Positions 58,409-64,000 of a stretch of DNA of 64,000 nt are shown here, one piece after another. The notes under the pieces are model-generated. The model was not told the DNA's origin. It searched no databases and saw only the letters and a program-made list of their open reading frames with translations. The DNA is taken from contig JALDTO010000215.1 of assembly GCA_023515725.1 (NCBI GenBank), positions 211,053 to 275,052 on the forward strand, given 5' to 3'. Position 1 is the first letter of the stretch, and every line of letters starts with the position of its first letter. The translations under genes were made by a program, and so were the position numbers. The stretch comes from Amoeboaphelidium protococcarum X5. Lineage: Eukaryota; Fungi; Aphelidiomycota.

Positions 58409-59152
58409 ATGGAGGTGGAGAATCAAGAATAGTAGCCATTATTTACAATAGAACACGTTGAAAGTGCTACGGTAATGTATTCGTCTAAATCGTTATTTAC
58501 TAATTTTAATTAATATTATCTGTAGGAAGCAACCTCATCAAAGAAATCTGGCACTTCTACATCCGGAGATCATAAAGAACTCAAATATAGAAAGATGCAA
58601 ATCCCAAGCCATCGCCTTACTCCCTTGAAGCAAGATTGGATAAAGATTTATACTCCTCTGGTGGAGCACTTGAAGCTTCAAGTTCGATTTAATACGCGTT
58701 CCAAATGTGTGGAGCTCAAAGCTTCAAAGGAGACTGAAGAGCCGCAGTCCGCATAGCTATAGAAAGGCTGTGATTTTCTACACGCCTTCTGCCTCGGATT
58801 CTCTGTTGATGACGCGATAGTTTTGCTCCGTTATCAAGAGGTGTACATTCAGTCTTTTCATTTGAAGGAGGTGAGATAGGTGCTGACTTTTAATAAATCA
58901 AATCGCTCCAATTACGCTCGTGCTATCGGACGTATTGCTGGCCATAAAGGTAAGACAAAGTTTGCAATTGAGAATTCTTGCAAGGTGCGTCTGGTCATTG
59001 CTGGTGAAAGTGGTATGATTCATATTCTGGGAACGCCTGATTGCATTCGCGCGGCTAAAGACGCCGTGTGCAGACTAATTCTCGGATCTCCAGCAGGCAA
59101 AGTCTACTCTTAATTGTAGATTGTTGGCAGCAGACTACGTGAAAGGATGTGA
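58409..59152 (+). CDS. PNO1: Pre-rRNA-processing KH-domain protein Pno1/Dim2; intron 58472..58525
   Basis: IPSHRLTPLKQDWIKIYTPLVEHLKLQVRFN, RAIGRIAGHKGKTKFAIEN, LILGSPAGKVY. Confidence 0.95.
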
Positions 59153-59309
59153 AAGTATTGATTTTTTAGTCCTTAGTTGTTCGCGATCGTGAAGTTTGAA
59201 TGACGCGACGTATGTTTTCTTTTTCTATCTCTCTTTAGTGTTAGTGTCCAATTCAGGATCTTACTACTGTATTCTTGAGCGTAATCTTAGTCATAATTTC
59301 TCCGCACTG

Positions 59310-59726
59310 ATGGCTACCACAACTACAAATAATGAAGATTTTGGAAAGCAAATTGTTGAGAAGACTACGAAATTTACAGTGCCTGTGACTACTCAACCAG
59401 GACTCACTTTAGTTTTGGGTATATTGAATCTCGTCTTCTTTGGCATAGTAAGATTTGCAAATCGACACGAGATCTTATAGATGATAATTTCATGACTGTT
59501 TTCTCGGTAGGGAACTATAATAGCTGGGGTAGTAAATAACAGTTTGGCGGACGTTGTCATTGGAATCCTTCAATTGCTGATTCCTTTCGTTGGCTGGGTT
59601 TGGAGTGTTATTTGTAAGACGATGATTGTATCAAGATTAACAAACCTTTTTTAATTTTGAAAATTTACCATTAGTGTAGGGGGTGTTCTTATGATTGGCA
59701 GTGCAGCGACATCTATGAAGAAGTGA
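59310..59726 (+). CDS. Small membrane protein, SPEC3/stum-like; introns 59448..59510 and 59614..59679
   Basis: Spliced: ILNLVFFGI|GTIIAG…IGILQLLIPFVGWVWSVIW|GVLMI (95 aa); GWxWSxxWG signature. Confidence 0.75.
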
Positions 59727-60003
59727 TGACGTGAATTGTATTTAAAAATTAATGATAAATTTTTTATAGTTGCATGCCGTGTACTATCAAAAGTCTCGTT
59801 TTCATATCTCGCTGCTGACGCGGTTTCTTGATTCGCACACATTGTTCGGGCGGGATCACCCCTTGTCGATATGGTTTGATCCATTACGGAGGCCCTTAAA
59901 ATAGAAAATTTTCCCACGCAACGTTTTTTCCACTCTAAGGTCACGCTTCTTGACTACAATTCGTCATCCACTGCGGATAGGGACACACCAGCTAAAAGTA
60001 TTG

Positions 60004-61002
60004 ATGATGTAGGTGTTGATACATTTGATAGCTGTTTTGTGCTGTTTGCAACTGGCGTTTTCTGTCATACCTACAATTAGAAAGATGAATGACGACTCTG
60101 CGGTGATGAAAGAGATTGAGTCTCACGCGCTTTAGTTGGCCTCCATTGAAGGAAGTGGTGAGGCGCGTTTGCTTATTTTTCGTGACTATATCCGAGGTGA
60201 ATTTAAGAGCAGGGGAATATACTTTGACCAAGTATCTCAGCCTGTTATCGCGTAGATCGCGCCCATTATAAGGAAAAATAATGAGCCTCTGCCAATCATC
60301 ATACTGAGTGCAACTTATGGTAGTTTGAACAAGAATTCAATTTTTGGGACGGCTCTGCTGCTGACATTGGCCAACCATTTGCATATGGAATCTGTCAAAT
60401 AGGTCTCTTAATTGCAGTGTGAAGTTTGGTTTGTGTTTAAACGTGCGCGTGAATATGATAATAGTCTTGGCTTGTCTGAGTTTTAGATATTCGCATCTTA
60501 ATTATCTCTGAAAACCAGGGCTCAAATTATTGGTGTGTTTGATATATAGAACATTGGCTTGTCAGGCTCTGACAATTTCCCAGTCGTGTTTAACAATGTG
60601 AAAAGCTAGAGTGCGTTGAAATTACTTCATAGATTTACATCAGCCTCCTAAACCTTTAATCTGAAGCCTTTTTGGTTGTAGAATGAAGAGATTTTTTACT
60701 ACAAGTTTAGCGATCGTAGTGAATTCTTGAATAGCGAGATGTTCAATGTATTTAGAGCGTGTTTGAAGCCGTCTGTGTACCCCACTCAAGCATTGTCTCT
60801 TCTGGAGCATAAGACTGATTTATTCCGATAGGAGATGTCTAATTTACCTGCAATTGCTGTTAGTGATGGGTCTTTCAGCGAGAGTGATCTCTCTAAGAGC
60901 AAGTTTATAATTGGAAATTACCATCTTCTCACGTTGAGATCATTGATGTTGGCACTAATGTTCACTATCGTTGATGAAGAAGTACAATTTAACCTGGTGT
61001 GA
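60004..61002 (+). CDS. Secreted protein with degenerate peptidase-M28/glutaminyl-cyclase-like fold (~332 aa)
   Basis: Signal peptide MMQVLIHLIAVLCCLQLAFS; IIILSATYGS, GTALLLTLA, VWFVFKRARE, IIGVFDIQNIG echo M28 segments without the metal ligands. Confidence 0.55.
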
Positions 61003-61152
61003 GTTATATTGATGGAACGAGACTAATATTATGAAGTACAGGAAATAATAAATATACGAATATAATCTTTGAATTGAGGAAATTTAATTTCTTAGTTTCA
61101 TTGATGAGTAGAAAATACCGCCACAGATCCAAGCAGGCGAAATGCACACGAA

Positions 61153-63723
61153 TCACTAATCACTGTCAGCTGGTTGCTTTGTGTACCTAAGAGGCTATAT
61201 AATCTTGCCCGGTTTAACGCTGACGCGCGGCTGAATCAACTTGTTATGGACACTAACCGTATTCCACTCCTTTCCAAGAGGTATTCTAAGGGACGCTTCA
61301 TACTACTCTCTACTCTTATACGGGAATGGGATAGTGTCTACCAGGTACTTGCTAGCAAACTTCTTGTCCTTCTTCTCTGTAATGATGACGCGCTTCATAC
61401 CGCGGTCTTTACGATTCTCCTTTTCAACACCGCCAGATTTTGTCGTAAATCGCTTAGAATTTTGCAGAGCCTTCTACTTTTGCTTCTTGCTCACACCCGC
61501 ACCTTCCCAGTGGCCCCATCCGGGGAGTCGATTGTCAACTTCCTGAGGAGCTTCTTCAGAAGCGAAAGCCTTCTTCTCTTTCGAGAACTCCTTGTCAATA
61601 ACATTATCATCAGCAAACGCCATCGAGATCAAATCCTTTTATGAAGTGAAGGTAATTTCAGGCTCGACATCTGGTAGCTCTGCTGTACTAGACGGAGCGT
61701 CACTTTACTGGCTAGCCGCTCTGTTGCTTTCAGGGCGTTTGGTAGATGATGTACCATTCTTACCATCTTACGCAGCCAACTCGGAAACCACCTAATCCTC
61801 ATCGATAAAATAATCTTAATTCTGGAGATCGTCATACTCTCTATCACTATCAACTGGAACTTGCTTCTAGTTTTGACTCTGTTTAGGCCCGAACTACATT
61901 CTCCCAGAAATAGGAGTATCATCTTGAGCTTCAACTTACTCGTAGTCGTCTCTCTTGATAGACTCCAAATATTGTTTTCTATCAGCAATCATTGCATCCT
62001 TCATAAACTTCATTGCATAGACACCCTTTACGCCAACGTCAGACTTGATATCATCGATCGATTTCTGTACATCTGAAATCAAATCAGTTGGTTCAGAGTT
62101 GACATTCTACGGCTCCTCCGCATCTTCATCGTCCGTGTCTTTACCAGCAATTTTACGCGTCAGTTACTGATGCTTCTCGATCATTGCCATCATTTTCAAT
62201 CTATCCAAGTCCTACTCGCCCTTGTACTCAAAGTTCTTACGCTGGCTGAGACGATGACGCAAAGTGACACGTTCTTCTGCACGCAATCTCTCATGTTCAT
62301 CAGCATCAATCTCCAAATTAGACGGATCTTTTGAAAGACTGCCGACATCAAGATCATCATTGTTACCAGCTGATAGTGCAGATAGTTTTGCCTCTTCCCG
62401 CTTCTTCTCCTTCTTTAATAGTCGCTTAAACTTCTTACTCTTCACTTTGGCAGCACGCTTGCTCTTAATTTCAGAGTAAAACAGAAGTGCCCGCATTTTA
62501 AGCAACTCCTCCCTATTCTTCTTTACATCTTCCATGGTTAAGCCTTTAACATTCATTGGAAGTTGCTTCTCTTATTCTTGCTCCTTCTTCAAAATCTGAT
62601 CAGTGTTACCAACTTTAGCCTTGTTCAACACCGACAGAATTTGAGATTCAAAGTCATTACTCTATGACGAAGTAGACTGCGAAGAATCAAATGAAGCAAC
62701 TAAAGCATTGGTGCTTGTACCCACCGTGACATCATTACCACCTTAGGACTGAGGCAGTGGAAAGACCAATTGATCTGCGCGGCGATTCTACTAAACTATA
62801 GGAGTCCATTTGCTAATCTCCTTCTTAGCTTACTTATACGCCACTTCTCTCTCCACTTTCTCTTGATGTAATACCGGTAGAGGAACTGCCAGACTTTGAG
62901 CCTATTATAAATTTTTATCACCATCTGATGATTAAACGACCTGACCAGTTAGTAGAGACTGCAAAGAGACTTTCTACTGCGCATCACGTAAAGAAATGCC
63001 GACATGATATTCGCTTTCATCATAAGCTTCAGTCAGCTCTTTATTCTTCAACAATTTATCTTCCCGACTTGCAGCTTTGCTCGATTTAAATTGTTATTTC
63101 TGTAAATCATCCATGGCAAAAGTTAAAGCTGACTGTAAATCAGCCTACTCATCATCGCTTGAGCCATCGCTAATAGCAAGATCTTGGTCGCTTTCACCAT
63201 CATCATAACTCTAAATGCGAAGATTGACGCGTTATTAAGACTTAACTGCGGTGATATCACGCTTCATCTAAGTATTATGATCTTTTCCGGCTTCATGATC
63301 AGAGTCTGAATCGAATGCTTCACCCAGAGGAACTGCATCAGCATCATCCTCGAAATCAGACGGATCATCCTCAGATTACGATTCATCAGAGTCACTATCA
63401 CTATGTGTCAAGCTCTTTCCCTTGTTGGCACCCTTCTATTTATCAAAGAAACTACCATATCTCATCTCATCATCTTCATTGAAAGCGTCATCTTCAGAGA
63501 TCTCTTCATCGTCGCTGCCACTAAATCTCTGCTGCTCATTATCACCCAGATCCATACCTTCATGAGCATCAGAATCAAACGCGTTTAGATTCTGACTCTC
63601 CTACTACTCTTCATACACATCTTAGTCCTATTTTTGCTTTTTCTGTCTCAATCTGCGGTCACTGGTGTTGGAGCCAGATGATGCAAATGGCTTCGGAATT
63701 GTGTATCTTCGTTTTTATCCCAT
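61153..63723 (-). CDS. UTP14: U3 snoRNA-associated protein Utp14
   Basis: WTPIV(QQ)NRRADQLVFP, LLKMRALLFYSEIKSKRAAKVKSKKF, RAEERVTLRH, LPGWGHWEG, PLGKEWN. Confidence 0.93.
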
Positions 63724-64000
63724 TTTCACAATCGAGTTCTAAGCTCTTACCGCAGAAGAAGAGAAACGTCTCGCATTACACTGAATCGTTAGATGAACAA
63801 TTTCGATAAAAGTTGAAATACGCAAGAATTTATAGCAAGTTTAAATCTCAATTTGCAAGAAATGTGTCTATTGATCTTATATGGTTAGCTCGGTTTGTTT
63901 CGTCATACGTCCACAGTTGAAGACATTATATGCTGACTGTGGATTTAAAGCGAACGAGAGATGAGACCATGTCACTGCGCAACGCTAGATGGAAGGATCT

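Noticed and set aside
59845-59895. Hairpin GGGCGGGATCA…TGATCC…GGCCC as a possible ncRNA
   Set aside because: No tRNA, snRNA or SRP signature recognisable; may be chance.
63961-64000. Possible start of a plus-strand gene at the window edge (MSLRNARWKD…)
   Set aside because: Too short to support a call.

Overview
Gene-dense eukaryotic (fungal-grade, holomycotan) nuclear DNA in a non-standard genetic code: TAA/TAG = Gln and TGA is the only stop (translation table 6). This is why the supplied standard-code ORF track is fragmented. Re-read in table 6, about 29 intact genes tile the window, several with short (52-91 nt) GT-AG introns. They include Rsc7/Swp82-like, TMA20, FPY1-like, NC2beta, CAP/Srv2, SEL1L/Hrd3, a GHMP kinase, UBA3, PCYT1, a Gti1/Pac2 (WOPR) TF, an orphan 7TM protein, Nup159/214, a CP2/Grainyhead TF, URB2-like, DHX33/Dhr2, TFB2, Sip3/Lam1, RecQ/Sgs1, EFL1, SARAF, a bacterial-type beta-helix lyase-like protein, DAHP synthase, Vps5, PNO1 and UTP14. 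Fungal-type gene content plus TAR=Gln points, by inference, to an aphelid such as Amoeboaphelidium protococcarum. The most notable accessory locus is 35.3-37.8 kb: a decayed Fanzor/TnpB-like RNA-guided nuclease gene (RuvC-II E, zinc finger and RuvC-III D still readable) next to a ~635-bp TIR-bounded non-autonomous DNA transposon. Other accessory islands are a degenerate OB-fold/SSB-like ORF (~7.0-7.9 kb) and a tandemly duplicated coiled-coil ORF with an RxxxxH (HEPN-like) motif (12.8-14.2 kb). All coordinates were derived by hand; no database searches were run.
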